The notes: generated by a model from the letters alone, not told the origin. Positions 7,267-15,886 are shown, numbered from the stretch's first letter. The stretch is 41,272 bases of DNA from Bifidobacterium breve (GCA_945870085.1 CAMBQX010000001.1:1-41272), one strand, 5' to 3'. Made by a program: numbers and translations.

Positions 7267-7282
7267 CGGACACGAGTGTCCG
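7267..7282. repeat. perfect inverted repeat CGGACAC-GA-GTGTCCG
   Basis: It starts 2 nt after the glutaredoxin-like stop and lies 82 nt upstream of the rex start. As RNA it would form a 6-bp stem with a 4-nt loop and no clean U-tract (ctcaactttgtg follows). It could be a weak terminator or a protein-binding palindrome. Confidence 0.3.
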
Positions 7283-7363
7283 CTCAACTTTGTGAAGTCG
7301 GGAACTAATGCCTACCCTTAGGTCACCTCGTCGAATGCGGCGGGGCTTCCCAGCAGGAGCAAC

Positions 7364-8074
7364 GTGTCAATCTCCCTCGGCAAAGGTCGGCCCCGTGAGG
7401 CCGGTCGTGGTATCCCAGATGCCACGGTAGCCCGGCTACCGGTATACCACCGTGTGTTGGTCTCCCTTAGTGAGGCCGGGGTGCAGACGGTTTCCTCTGA
7501 GGCCTTGGCCGCTAAATGCGGGGTCAGTTCGGCTAAATTTCGCAAGGACCTCTCCTATTTGGGCTCGTATGGAACCCGTGGGGTTGGCTACGACGTTTCT
7601 TACTTGACCTACCACATCAGCCGCGAGTTGGGCTCCGCGCAACCTTGGGGCGTAGTGATCGTGGGAGTTGGCAATTTAGGTCGGGCATTGATTTCCTATC
7701 GGGGGTTTACGTCACGTGGTTTCGCCGTAGTGGGCCTAGTCGATAATCATCCTGACGTTGTAGGAGAATCCATCACGCTTAGTGATCTCGGCAATCTCGA
7801 AGCGTTGAAAGTTCGCCCACTTATCGAACTCGAGGCCATCGTCGGCGCGACCAAAGCCCAAATTGGGGTGATTGCCACTCCGGCGGATTGTGCCCAAGGG
7901 GTTTGTGACCGGCTCGTGGCCTCAGGGATTCGCAGCATCTTGAATTTCGCGCCGGTGGTTCTCGAGGTCCCCAACGCAGTTGAGGTACGCAAAGTTGATC
8001 TCGCGGTTGAATTGCAGATTCTCGCATTCCACGAGCAACGCCGTGGCTATGAGCCGGAGGCGATGAACGCATGA
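7364..8074 (+). CDS. rex: redox-sensing transcriptional repressor Rex
   Basis: GTG 7364 has AGGAG 6 nt upstream. The N-terminal wHTH reads IPDATVARLPVYHRVL, and the NADH-binding Rossmann motif is VVIVGVGNLGRAL. 236 aa. Confidence 0.92.
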   Translation: MSISLGKGRPREAGRGIPDATVARLPVYHRVLVSLSEAGVQTVSSEALAAKCGVSSAKFRKDLSYLGSYGTRGVGYDVSYLTYHISRELGSAQPWGVVIVGVGNLGRALISYRGFTSRGFAVVGLVDNHPDVVGESITLSDLGNLEALKVRPLIELEAIVGATKAQIGVIATPADCAQGVCDRLVASGIRSILNFAPVVLEVPNAVEVRKVDLAVELQILAFHEQRRGYEPEAMNA

Positions 8075-9744
8075 CCAAGCCTAAAAATCCAGTAATACCA
8101 AATGAGCCAATCAGCACCAGCCCAGGAGACATTGTGAATACGACTACCAAGGCCCGCAAAAAGGTGACCCTCGGTTCGGTCGCGCTTGTCGCAGCTGGCC
8201 CGGGTGATCCGGAGTTGCTGACACTTCGCTCGGCAGCACTTCTGCGCGACGCTGAAGTCGTCATTGTTGATGCTGAAGCGATTGACATAGCCAACGCCCA
8301 CGCAAATGCCGGCGCCGAAATCATCATCGCGGTTGATCAAGAAGGTGCGCCCCTAGATCAGGTGGAGCGGGCCAAATTAATCGTGAATGCTGCGCGAGAT
8401 GGCAAGCGCACCGTACGCCTCATCGCCGGCGACCCCGTAGTCGACGGCACGTTACTTCATGAGGCGGCGGCGCTACGTAAAGCCAAGGTGCCTTTTGAGG
8501 TTGCCCCGGGAGTCAGCGAAGTTACCGGTATCCCGGCATATGCCGGATTTGGATTAACCGGTGGCCGCACTCGGCAATTTCGGGTGGTAGACGCTGATGA
8601 TGCCGACTTGGATTGGACTGACCTAGTCAACCCGCGCATCACTCTTGTGGTACTCAATGGAGCAGATAAAGTTGCTGAAATTGCGGCGATGCTCGTGCAG
8701 GCTGGTGCCGATCCGCAGACCCATATCGCGGTAACCCGAAGGGGTACCACGGTGGATCAGCGAACAATTGCCAGCACTTTGTCCGAGATTGGCAATACTT
8801 CAAAGCTGATGAAACTCACTGGTGTTGGCATCGTGGTCGTCGGAGATGTCGTTGCACAGCGCGAGAAATTGGATTGGTTCGAGGTTAAGTCGCTTTTCGG
8901 CTGGCGCGTGTTAATCCCACGTACCCAAGACACCACCGGTTCGATCATCGCGCTGCTCCGCGGGCATGGGGCGGTACCCATGGAGGTGCCGACGATTTCG
9001 GTCGAGCCGCCGCGGACCCCGCAGCAAATTGACCGGGCAATCCACGGACTTGTTTCCGGTCGCTATGAGTGGATTGGTTTTACGTCGGTAAACGCGGTTC
9101 GAGCTATCCGTGAAAAACTAGATGAGTACGGCCTTGATGCGCGGTCTTTCGCGGGCCTGAAAGTGGCGGCGGTGGGCGACAGCACGGTGGCCTCGCTAAT
9201 CGAATTCGGCGTACGCCCGGATTTAGTTCCGGTCGGTGACCAGTCAACTAGGGCCTTGCTTGAAGACTGGCCGATATACGACTCATTGACCGATCCAATC
9301 AACCGGGTCTTCCTGCCCCGCGCGGATATCGCAACCGACACTTTGGCCGCTGGTTTGGCTGAACTTGGCTGGGAGGTCGAAGACATCACGGCTTATCGCA
9401 CCGTGCGGGCAGCGCCACCGCCCGCCGAGGTGCGCGAAGCCATCAAAACCGGTGGTTTCGACGCGGTGTTGTTCACCTCTAGCAGCACGGTGCGCAACCT
9501 CGTTGGCATCGCGGGCAAGCCACACCACACCACAATCGTGGCGTGCATTGGCCCGCAGACCGCCAAGACTGCTGAGGAGCACGGACTGCGTGTCGACGTA
9601 CTCGCCGGCACCAGCACCTTGCACGGGTTGGTCGAGGCGGTTGCGGCTCATGGTGAGCTTCTGCGCGAAGCGGCTCTCGAATCCGGTGAAGGCAGTTGGC
9701 GCCCGAGTCGGCGGCGCACTGCTGCGCGCCGCAAAGTCACGTAA
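8071..9744 (+). CDS. hemD: bifunctional-type fusion: uroporphyrin-III C-methyltransferase-like domain + uroporphyrinogen-III synthase (HemD), Rv0511-like
   Basis: The ATG overlaps the rex stop (ATGA 8071-8074). The N-terminal TP-methylase fold has VALVAAGPGDPELLTL ... VVVGDVV ... KLDWF. The C-terminal HEM4-type domain runs RVLIPRTQ ... FTSVNAV ... FTSSSTVRN. 557 aa. Confidence 0.85.
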   Translation: MTKPKNPVIPNEPISTSPGDIVNTTTKARKKVTLGSVALVAAGPGDPELLTLRSAALLRDAEVVIVDAEAIDIANAHANAGAEIIIAVDQEGAPLDQVERAKLIVNAARDGKRTVRLIAGDPVVDGTLLHEAAALRKAKVPFEVAPGVSEVTGIPAYAGFGLTGGRTRQFRVVDADDADLDWTDLVNPRITLVVLNGADKVAEIAAMLVQAGADPQTHIAVTRRGTTVDQRTIASTLSEIGNTSKLMKLTGVGIVVVGDVVAQREKLDWFEVKSLFGWRVLIPRTQDTTGSIIALLRGHGAVPMEVPTISVEPPRTPQQIDRAIHGLVSGRYEWIGFTSVNAVRAIREKLDEYGLDARSFAGLKVAAVGDSTVASLIEFGVRPDLVPVGDQSTRALLEDWPIYDSLTDPINRVFLPRADIATDTLAAGLAELGWEVEDITAYRTVRAAPPPAEVREAIKTGGFDAVLFTSSSTVRNLVGIAGKPHHTTIVACIGPQTAKTAEEHGLRVDVLAGTSTLHGLVEAVAAHGELLREAALESGEGSWRPSRRRTAARRKVT

Positions 9745-9750
9745 CTTAGA

Positions 9751-10407
9751 GTGGTTCGCATGGGTGGCGAAGAGCGAACTGTTGTACATCTTCTCCGGCA
9801 TGGCGAGGTATACAACCCAGAAGGTGTCCTCTACGGGCGCCTACCAGGTTATGTCCTTTCTGATCTTGGGCAGGTGATGGCAACACGAGCGGCAGCGGCC
9901 TTGGCCGAAAACGACGTAACCGCTGTCATCGCATCGCCGATGGAGCGCGCTCAGCAAACCGCGCAGCCTATTGCGGCAAAGCACGGATTAACCATTCAAA
10001 CCGATCCGTTGCTGATTGAAGCCGACAATATCTTTGAGGGTCAGCGGGTTAGCGTCGGTGACGGAGTACTGAAGCAGCCAAAGACGTGGCGCCACCTCTG
10101 GAACCCATTTCGCCCATCCTGGGGTGAGCCATATGACGAAGTGGCCTCGCGTATGACCGCTGCGGTGCACGCGGCACGTGATCAAGTTCGCGGCCACGAA
10201 GCAGTTCTGGTCAGCCATCAATTACCTATTTGGGTGGCACGCCTAGCTGCCGAAGACCGCCGGCTTTGGCATGACCCGCGTAGCCGGCAGTGCACACTTG
10301 CTTCACTAACTTCGTTGACGTATGAAAATGACGACCTGGTAGCAATCACCTATACCGAGCCCTCACGTGATCTTCTGGCGAAGGCCAGCAAGGTTGCCGG
10401 CGCATAG
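9751..10407 (+). CDS. histidine phosphatase (phosphoglycerate mutase) family protein, Rv0525-like
   Basis: The RHG catalytic motif is VVHLLRHGEV, with a later SPMERAQQTA and VLVSHQLPI. Starts are GTG 9751 or in-frame ATG 9760. Confidence 0.8.
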   Translation: MVRMGGEERTVVHLLRHGEVYNPEGVLYGRLPGYVLSDLGQVMATRAAAALAENDVTAVIASPMERAQQTAQPIAAKHGLTIQTDPLLIEADNIFEGQRVSVGDGVLKQPKTWRHLWNPFRPSWGEPYDEVASRMTAAVHAARDQVRGHEAVLVSHQLPIWVARLAAEDRRLWHDPRSRQCTLASLTSLTYENDDLVAITYTEPSRDLLAKASKVAGA

Positions 10408-10412
10408 CCGTC

Positions 10413-11006
10413 ATGATGTACCGCAGCATTCTCCGATTCGCGCTGGTGCTCGTCGCCGGGAGCACGCTGTTCTTAATCACCGCATGCGGTAGTGGCGAGC
10501 CGGCTTCACCCGCCGGAGCTGATGCCGGGTTCGTGGCCGGCGATGGTTCGATCGTTGTTTTGCCCGTAGCGGGGCGGCAGCCGGCACCTGCTCTTATCGG
10601 CCCCACCCTCGAGGGCGGCACTTTTGACCTGAGCATGGTTAAAGGTCAGGTGGTAGTACTAAATGTTTGGGCCTCATGGTGCGCACCATGTCGAGCCGAA
10701 GCCCCGGCACTCGAAGCTGCCTGGTTGAAGTTTGCTGGCCAAGATGTGCAATTCATCGGGCTCAATACCCGGGATTCACCGAAGTCTGCAGAGGCATTCG
10801 TCAATCGGTTCAAGGTGACGTATCCCAGCCTCATTGATACCGATGGGCAATTGCAATTGTTGTTTCGCGACACCTTGCCACCGCAAGCGATTCCATCGAC
10901 CCTGATCATCGACAGGCAGGGCCGCGTGGCAGCGCGTGCGCTCGGCACGGTAAGTGAGTCATCCCTCCGCGCCCTGATCGAGCCACTCTTGGAAGAGCAG
11001 CCGTGA
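10413..11006 (+). CDS. resA: TlpA/ResA-type thiol-disulfide oxidoreductase, predicted lipoprotein
   Basis: The signal peptide has a lipobox-like LITAC (Cys25), and the thioredoxin active site is WASWCAPC. It sits directly upstream of ccdA-resB-ccsB. Confidence 0.85.
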   Translation: MMYRSILRFALVLVAGSTLFLITACGSGEPASPAGADAGFVAGDGSIVVLPVAGRQPAPALIGPTLEGGTFDLSMVKGQVVVLNVWASWCAPCRAEAPALEAAWLKFAGQDVQFIGLNTRDSPKSAEAFVNRFKVTYPSLIDTDGQLQLLFRDTLPPQAIPSTLIIDRQGRVAARALGTVSESSLRALIEPLLEEQP

Positions 11007-11740
11007 TCGGTGACCTGATGGCGAGCGGGTCTCTCCTATTCGCTTTTCCGGTGGCCTTTGCCGCGGGCCTAATAGCTTTCCTTAGCCCCTGCGTGCTGCC
11101 TTTGGCCCCCGGGTACGTGTCGTATATGACCGGCTTGACCGGGGCTGAACTTGCCGATGGACGCAAGAGTCGCATGCTGCTGGGCAGTGTGCTTTTCGTG
11201 CTCGGCTTTAGTGTGGTCTTTGTCTCCTTTGGAGCATTCTTCGGCGGCGTAGGTTCGATCCTCCTGCAATATCAAGATGTCATTACCCGGGTGTTTGGGG
11301 TTGCGGTCATCATCATGGGGCTAGCTTTTATGGGTTTGATCCCAGGGTTACAACGCGAGTGGCGTATTCACCGACTGCCAAACTGGGGGGTTGCTGGTGC
11401 ACCCATCCTTGGGGTGTTGTTCGGTTTGGGCTGGACCCCATGTATAGGTCCAACCCTTGCGGCAGTGCAGACCCTCGCCTTCACCGAAGCCAGCGCTCTG
11501 CGCGGCGCCTTGCTTTCATTTGTCTACTGCCTTGGCCTCGGGCTGCCTTTCGTTTTACTCGCTGTGCTGTTCAACCGAACCGCTCGCGCACTGGCTTGGG
11601 TCAAAGGTCACTACCTGTTGGTGATGCGTATCGGTGGGGGCATGTTAGTTATTGTCGGGGTGCTTCTGGTGACAGGAGCCTGGACGGATTTCACGATTTG
11701 GCTCCGCACTTCGGTACCAACTTTTGAGACGGTGCTCTAG
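11003..11740 (+). CDS. ccdA: cytochrome c biogenesis thiol-reductant transporter CcdA
   Basis: The GTG overlaps the resA stop (GTGA). It is a polytopic membrane protein with the two conserved Cys motifs, FLSPCVLPL and GWTPCIGP. Confidence 0.9.
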   Translation: MIGDLMASGSLLFAFPVAFAAGLIAFLSPCVLPLAPGYVSYMTGLTGAELADGRKSRMLLGSVLFVLGFSVVFVSFGAFFGGVGSILLQYQDVITRVFGVAVIIMGLAFMGLIPGLQREWRIHRLPNWGVAGAPILGVLFGLGWTPCIGPTLAAVQTLAFTEASALRGALLSFVYCLGLGLPFVLLAVLFNRTARALAWVKGHYLLVMRIGGGMLVIVGVLLVTGAWTDFTIWLRTSVPTFETVL

Positions 11741-13300
11741 ATGTCCAAACAGGCACCGACCCTGCCGCCCATGGGCGCACTTGGATTTCTTCGATTTACC
11801 TGGCGCCAGTTAACCAGCATGAAGACCGCTTTGATTTTGCTTTTTTTGCTAGCAATCGCAAGTGTGCCGGGGTCAATATTTCCGCAGCGAGGTAATAACC
11901 CGTTGCGAGTTAATGAGTGGATTTCTGACAGCCCAACCTTTGGACCCATCTTCGATGCCTTTGGTTTCTTCGATGTTTATTCTTCGCCCTGGTTCGCGGC
12001 TGTGTATTTGCTTCTTTTCATCTCGCTGATTGGTTGCGTGTTACCTCGCACGAAGGTGCATTGGCGAGCCATGTTTGCGCCTCCGCCCCCGGCGCCGCGC
12101 AATCTACTGCGTCTGCCAGAGTCGATGTCATTTGAAGTCAGCGCTCCCACCGATGAAGTTTTAGCACGGGGCCGAAAGTACTTATCAGGTAGACGCTGGC
12201 GCCTGCTGGTAGCCGAAAACTCTGTAGCAGCCGAAAAGGGCTATCTGCGCGAGACTGGAAACCTGCTGTTCCATTTCTCGCTAATCTTGATTTTAGTTGC
12301 CATCGCCCTTGGCGGTCTTTTTGGCTGGAAAGGCAATGTCATCGTTCGCACGGGGCAAGGGTTTTCCAATACTTTGACCCAATATGACGCTTGGGGCGGT
12401 GGGCGATTCACCGGGGCATCGCGGCTGTCACCGTTCTCGTTCACCCTCGACAAGTTCAATGTTGAATTCGATCGGAGCGAGGCCCAGCGGGGTTCGCCGA
12501 AACTATTCGAAGCGGATGTGACCTACCGTCGGTCACCGGGTACCGATGCTGAGAATGCTCGCATCGAAGTTAATACTCCGCTTGAGATCGATGGTGCAAA
12601 AGTCTTTTTGGTCGGTCATGGATATGCACCGCATCTCGTCGTGCGAGATGCGGGGGGTGAAATCACATTTGACGACACCGTCGTCTTCTTACCGCAGGAT
12701 GGCAATTTCACGTCAACCGGCGTGGTGAAAATCCCAGATTCGAACCCGCAATTGGGTTTTCAGGGTATTTTCGTACCAACGGCAGCGTCGAATAACTTGC
12801 GTGGACCGATTTCGATTTTCCCGGGCCCTGATGATCCTGCCGTTTTCATGTCGGCCTGGCGCGGCGATATGGGGTTAGACAGTGGGGCCCCTCAGAGTGT
12901 GTACCGACTAGATACCGCGGCCATGGAGCAGATCGGAATCGTAGCTTTACGCCAAGGTCAAACTTGGACCCTTCCCGATGGTTCCGGGTCTATTGCCTTC
13001 ACGGGCTTTGAGCGTTGGGCGTCATTTCAGATCGCGTACGACCCGGGGAAGGAGATTGCTTTACTAGGAGCGGTACTTGCAATCACCGGCTTGTTATTGA
13101 CGCTATTTATTCGAAGACGTCGAGTCTGGATAACGGCGACGACGAATACTGAGGGAGTTACGGTGGTTAACCTTGCAGGGTTGGCACGCATTGAATCTGC
13201 TGATCTGCCAGGTGAACTACAATCGCTGCGTAGTGTCGTCAGCGATTTGCCTGACACTGCGTCGGCAAGTTCTAATGACGAAACGAGGGAGCAAAAGTGA
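11741..13300 (+). CDS. resB: cytochrome c biogenesis protein ResB/Ccs1 (system II)
   Basis: The ATG lies immediately after the ccdA stop. The N-terminus LRFTWRQLTSMKTALILLFLLAIASVPGSIFPQR is typical of ResB. The protein has a large extracytoplasmic domain and a C-terminal TM. 519 aa. Confidence 0.9.
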   Translation: MSKQAPTLPPMGALGFLRFTWRQLTSMKTALILLFLLAIASVPGSIFPQRGNNPLRVNEWISDSPTFGPIFDAFGFFDVYSSPWFAAVYLLLFISLIGCVLPRTKVHWRAMFAPPPPAPRNLLRLPESMSFEVSAPTDEVLARGRKYLSGRRWRLLVAENSVAAEKGYLRETGNLLFHFSLILILVAIALGGLFGWKGNVIVRTGQGFSNTLTQYDAWGGGRFTGASRLSPFSFTLDKFNVEFDRSEAQRGSPKLFEADVTYRRSPGTDAENARIEVNTPLEIDGAKVFLVGHGYAPHLVVRDAGGEITFDDTVVFLPQDGNFTSTGVVKIPDSNPQLGFQGIFVPTAASNNLRGPISIFPGPDDPAVFMSAWRGDMGLDSGAPQSVYRLDTAAMEQIGIVALRQGQTWTLPDGSGSIAFTGFERWASFQIAYDPGKEIALLGAVLAITGLLLTLFIRRRRVWITATTNTEGVTVVNLAGLARIESADLPGELQSLRSVVSDLPDTASASSNDETREQK

Positions 13301-14247
13301 GCGCGACTCAATTGGCCGCGGCGAGCAATGCGGCGGTATACGCCTCAATGGTTACCTTGACTTTTGCAATGGTGTCCTTTGCGATTTCATTTGCCTCTGG
13401 CCGACGCCGAGTCGTTGTAGTGGCACCTGCGCCGGTCGAAATGAATTCGTCAGGTAGCACTGCCGTGTTAACCAGGTCGGTCGGAGGCACCCCGACCGAT
13501 AACCAAACGGGTAGACGTTCAGCAAATATCGGTATGTCCTTGACCTGGTTGGGATTTGTGGTGCTGCTCGCTGGAGTGGTGTTGCGCGGAGTGTGGGCGG
13601 GACGAGTGCCATGGGGCAACATGTACGAGTTCTCGATCACTTCAGCGTTGGGCATTCTCGGAGTGTTTTTACTTATTTCACTGCGCCGTGATGTGCGCTG
13701 GCTCGGCCTTTTCATTGTTATCCCAGCGCTGTTGACCCTTGGCCTAGCAGTGACGGTGCTTTACACCGAGGCTGCTCAATTGGTGCCTGCATTGAAGTCC
13801 TATTGGCTGATCATTCACGTGTCGGCGGCGATCATCTGCGCGGGTGCATTCACGCTGGCGGCTTCCACCGCCGGGCTAGCATTGGTCCAATCACGAGCGG
13901 AGCGGCGCGGTAAGTCTGGCCTAGCGCGGGTTCCTTCGGCTGAAAAGCTTCGTACGTTGACATATCGAGTACTCGCATTCGCGTTTCCGCTCTGGACTTT
14001 TGCGGTAGTGGCTGGAGCTATCTGGGCCGAAAATGCGTGGGGCCGGTATTGGGGCTGGGATCCAAAGGAGACCTGGGCATTTATCACTTGGGTTATCTAC
14101 GCCGCATATTTGCACGCTCGCTCAACAGTTGGCTGGCGCGGAGACCGTGCCTCCTGGGTTGCTATCGCCGGCTGGGCGGCTTTCATCATTAACTATTTCG
14201 GGGTAAATATCTTTATCAACAGCTTGCACTCGTACTCAGGGGTTTAG
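13297..14247 (+). CDS. ccsB: cytochrome c-type biogenesis protein CcsB/CcsA (ResC, system II heme-handling subunit)
   Basis: The GTG overlaps the resB stop (GTGA). It has the WWD heme-handling motif WGRYWGWDPKETWAFITW and is polytopic. Confidence 0.9.
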   Translation: MSATQLAAASNAAVYASMVTLTFAMVSFAISFASGRRRVVVVAPAPVEMNSSGSTAVLTRSVGGTPTDNQTGRRSANIGMSLTWLGFVVLLAGVVLRGVWAGRVPWGNMYEFSITSALGILGVFLLISLRRDVRWLGLFIVIPALLTLGLAVTVLYTEAAQLVPALKSYWLIIHVSAAIICAGAFTLAASTAGLALVQSRAERRGKSGLARVPSAEKLRTLTYRVLAFAFPLWTFAVVAGAIWAENAWGRYWGWDPKETWAFITWVIYAAYLHARSTVGWRGDRASWVAIAGWAAFIINYFGVNIFINSLHSYSGV

Positions 14248-14271
14248 GTCTAAGCCGCACTTAGGCAGGCC

Positions 14272-14574
14272 TTAAGCCTCGCCGCGGCGCTCTCGCATGC
14301 GTCGGCGCCACGCCTCTTCGTCAAGGCCCTTTAAGAATTTGGGGTCATCGTCTGGGGCAATTGGCCCACGGCGCCGAAATAAGCCACCGGAGGTAGGTCG
14401 CGGGCGGCCCAGGAAGAACCACAAGATCCCACCGATGAGAGGAATGAGCACCACCAGCGCCAACCAGAGCATCTTTGGCAGGGTGCGGGCTTCAAGCCGT
14501 GGGGTGCGCAGCACGTCAATGATGAATGAGATGTACATCGCAACGAGAACCAAAACTCCAAGGACCCGCAGCAT
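14272..14574 (-). CDS. PLD nuclease N-terminal (PLDc_N) domain small membrane protein
   Basis: ATG 14574 is preceded by GGGAGG (7-nt spacer). The protein has two TM helices followed by a basic/acidic tail, and LWLALVVLIPLIGGILWFFLGRP is typical of PLDc_N. The longer track ORF adds an implausible N-terminal extension. Confidence 0.7.
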   Translation of the reverse strand: MLRVLGVLVLVAMYISFIIDVLRTPRLEARTLPKMLWLALVVLIPLIGGILWFFLGRPRPTSGGLFRRRGPIAPDDDPKFLKGLDEEAWRRRMRERRGEA

Positions 14575-14704
14575 GAGCACACCTCCCAGTTCGTCGTAAT
14601 TCCAGAATTCAGGTGACTGTCTATATGAAGAATAACGCTTGTTCACGCATATTAACGAACACCCGTGGCATTCGCCAACCGCGGTCTCGGGTTAGAGCAA
14701 CCGG

Positions 14705-15070
14705 GTGCCGTACGCTGTGAACGTGAAAACATCGTGGTGGGTGGTTATTCGCTTCACCGCACTTAGATTGTTGCTCTTTGGATTCCTGTGGCTGCTTATT
14801 CAATTAACTACCCCACTTCGGGGCTTGCTGGCCGCCGTGGTCGCGCTGCTGATCTCCGGGGTCATCAGCGTGGTAGTGCTTGATCGGCAGCGCGCCGCAA
14901 TGGGCGCAGCTTTGGGGGCTTTCTTCGGGCGGATTAATGCGCGCATTGATGAATCAACACGCGCAGAAGACGAAGCAGACGATACCCAGAGATTAAGCGA
15001 GCAACTAGGCCGGAGGCTAGGCGAGGGCGATCAAGATACCCAAGCCGAGACCGTAGAAAAGAACGAGTAA
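14705..15070 (+). CDS. DUF4229-like small membrane protein
   Basis: Two TM helices (RFTALRLLLFGFLWLLIQL and LLAAVVALLISGVISVVVL) are followed by an acidic tail. Candidate GTG starts are at 14705, 14717 and 14723. The 3' end overlaps the menA 3' end by 54 nt (convergent). Confidence 0.6.
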   Translation: MPYAVNVKTSWWVVIRFTALRLLLFGFLWLLIQLTTPLRGLLAAVVALLISGVISVVVLDRQRAAMGAALGAFFGRINARIDESTRAEDEADDTQRLSEQLGRRLGEGDQDTQAETVEKNE

Positions 15071-15886
15071 TCCAGTCTGCTTCAGCGCCGGGATCAGCGC
15101 CGGCCCGGTTGCGCCACTAAGAATCAAGCGAATCGGTGCAATTATCAAGATGACAAGCGCTAAGAGAACCAGCCAAGAAGTAAGTGCCGCAGTGATAAGC
15201 GTCGTGATTGCTGTGGTGATGATGCACACAACATAAAGTGTGCGGGTGCGCTGGACTCCAATTCGAACTGCGAGGGTGTTCTTGCCGGCTTGCTGGTCAC
15301 TTGGTAGATCGCGCAGGTTATTGGTGACAAGAACCGCGCAGGCAAGTGTGCCGACACCGATGGAGGCAATAAATGCCGCGAGGGTAATCGTGCCCGACTG
15401 CACATAGCAGGTTCCTACCACGGGCACCAGGCCGAAAAAGATAAGGACGAACACCTCGCCAAGACCGTGGTAGCCGTATGGTTTTGGCCCACCGGTGTAA
15501 AGCCAGGCGGCGCTCACGCAGGCAAGGCCAACGAGTAGCAGCCACCATGCTTGGGTAGCGATCACCAGTGCCAGCCCGGCAAGGCACGCGATGCCAAACG
15601 CAATAAAAGCGGCTAGGCGCACACTTCTTGGGCTGGCCATACCCTGACCTACCAGCCGAACCGGGCCAACGCGATTGTTATCCGTGCCGCGGATTCCGTC
15701 GCTGTAGTCATTCGCAAAGTTGACACCAATTTGCAGGGCTAATGCGACCACCACCGCCAAGCAGGCACGGCCAATTCGGAGCGAGTCAGCATTGATGGCG
15801 AGGCCGGTACCGACAACCACCGGAGCGATTGCCGCGGGTAAAGTGCGCGGTCGCGAACCTTCGACCCATTGTCCTAGCGTTGCCAT
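15017..15886 (-). CDS. menA: 1,4-dihydroxy-2-naphthoate polyprenyltransferase
   Basis: UbiA-family polytopic protein of 289 aa with NDYSDGIRGTD and NNLRDLPSDQQAGKNTL motifs. Its start overlaps the menE stop by 13 nt. Confidence 0.9.
   Translation of the reverse strand: MATLGQWVEGSRPRTLPAAIAPVVVGTGLAINADSLRIGRACLAVVVALALQIGVNFANDYSDGIRGTDNNRVGPVRLVGQGMASPRSVRLAAFIAFGIACLAGLALVIATQAWWLLLVGLACVSAAWLYTGGPKPYGYHGLGEVFVLIFFGLVPVVGTCYVQSGTITLAAFIASIGVGTLACAVLVTNNLRDLPSDQQAGKNTLAVRIGVQRTRTLYVVCIITTAITTLITAALTSWLVLLALVILIIAPIRLILSGATGPALIPALKQTGLLVLFYGLGLGILIALA

Noticed and set aside
7289-7306. Possible Rex operator upstream of rex (TTGTGAAGTCGGGAACTA)
   Set aside because: The left half is perfect, but the right half matches TTCACAA at only 3 of 7 positions. 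It is not a convincing ROP, so I kept it only as a half-site note.
14248-14280. Hairpins between convergent ccsB and the PLDc_N gene (GTCTAAG-ccgca-CTTAGGC, then AGGC-cttaa-GCCT) as a bidirectional terminator
   Set aside because: The stems are short (7 bp including a G-U pair, and 4 bp) and there is no U-tract on either strand. There is not enough evidence to call a terminator.
14625-14720. 31-codon ORF (MKNNACSRILTNTRGIRQPRSRVRATGCRTL) with an AGGTGA 8 nt upstream, in the divergent PLDc_N/DUF4229 promoter region
   Set aside because: The peptide is Arg-rich and junk-like, its third-position GC is lower than in neighbouring genes, and it overlaps the DUF4229-like start region. It is more likely promoter DNA, and the AGGTG is probably fortuitous.
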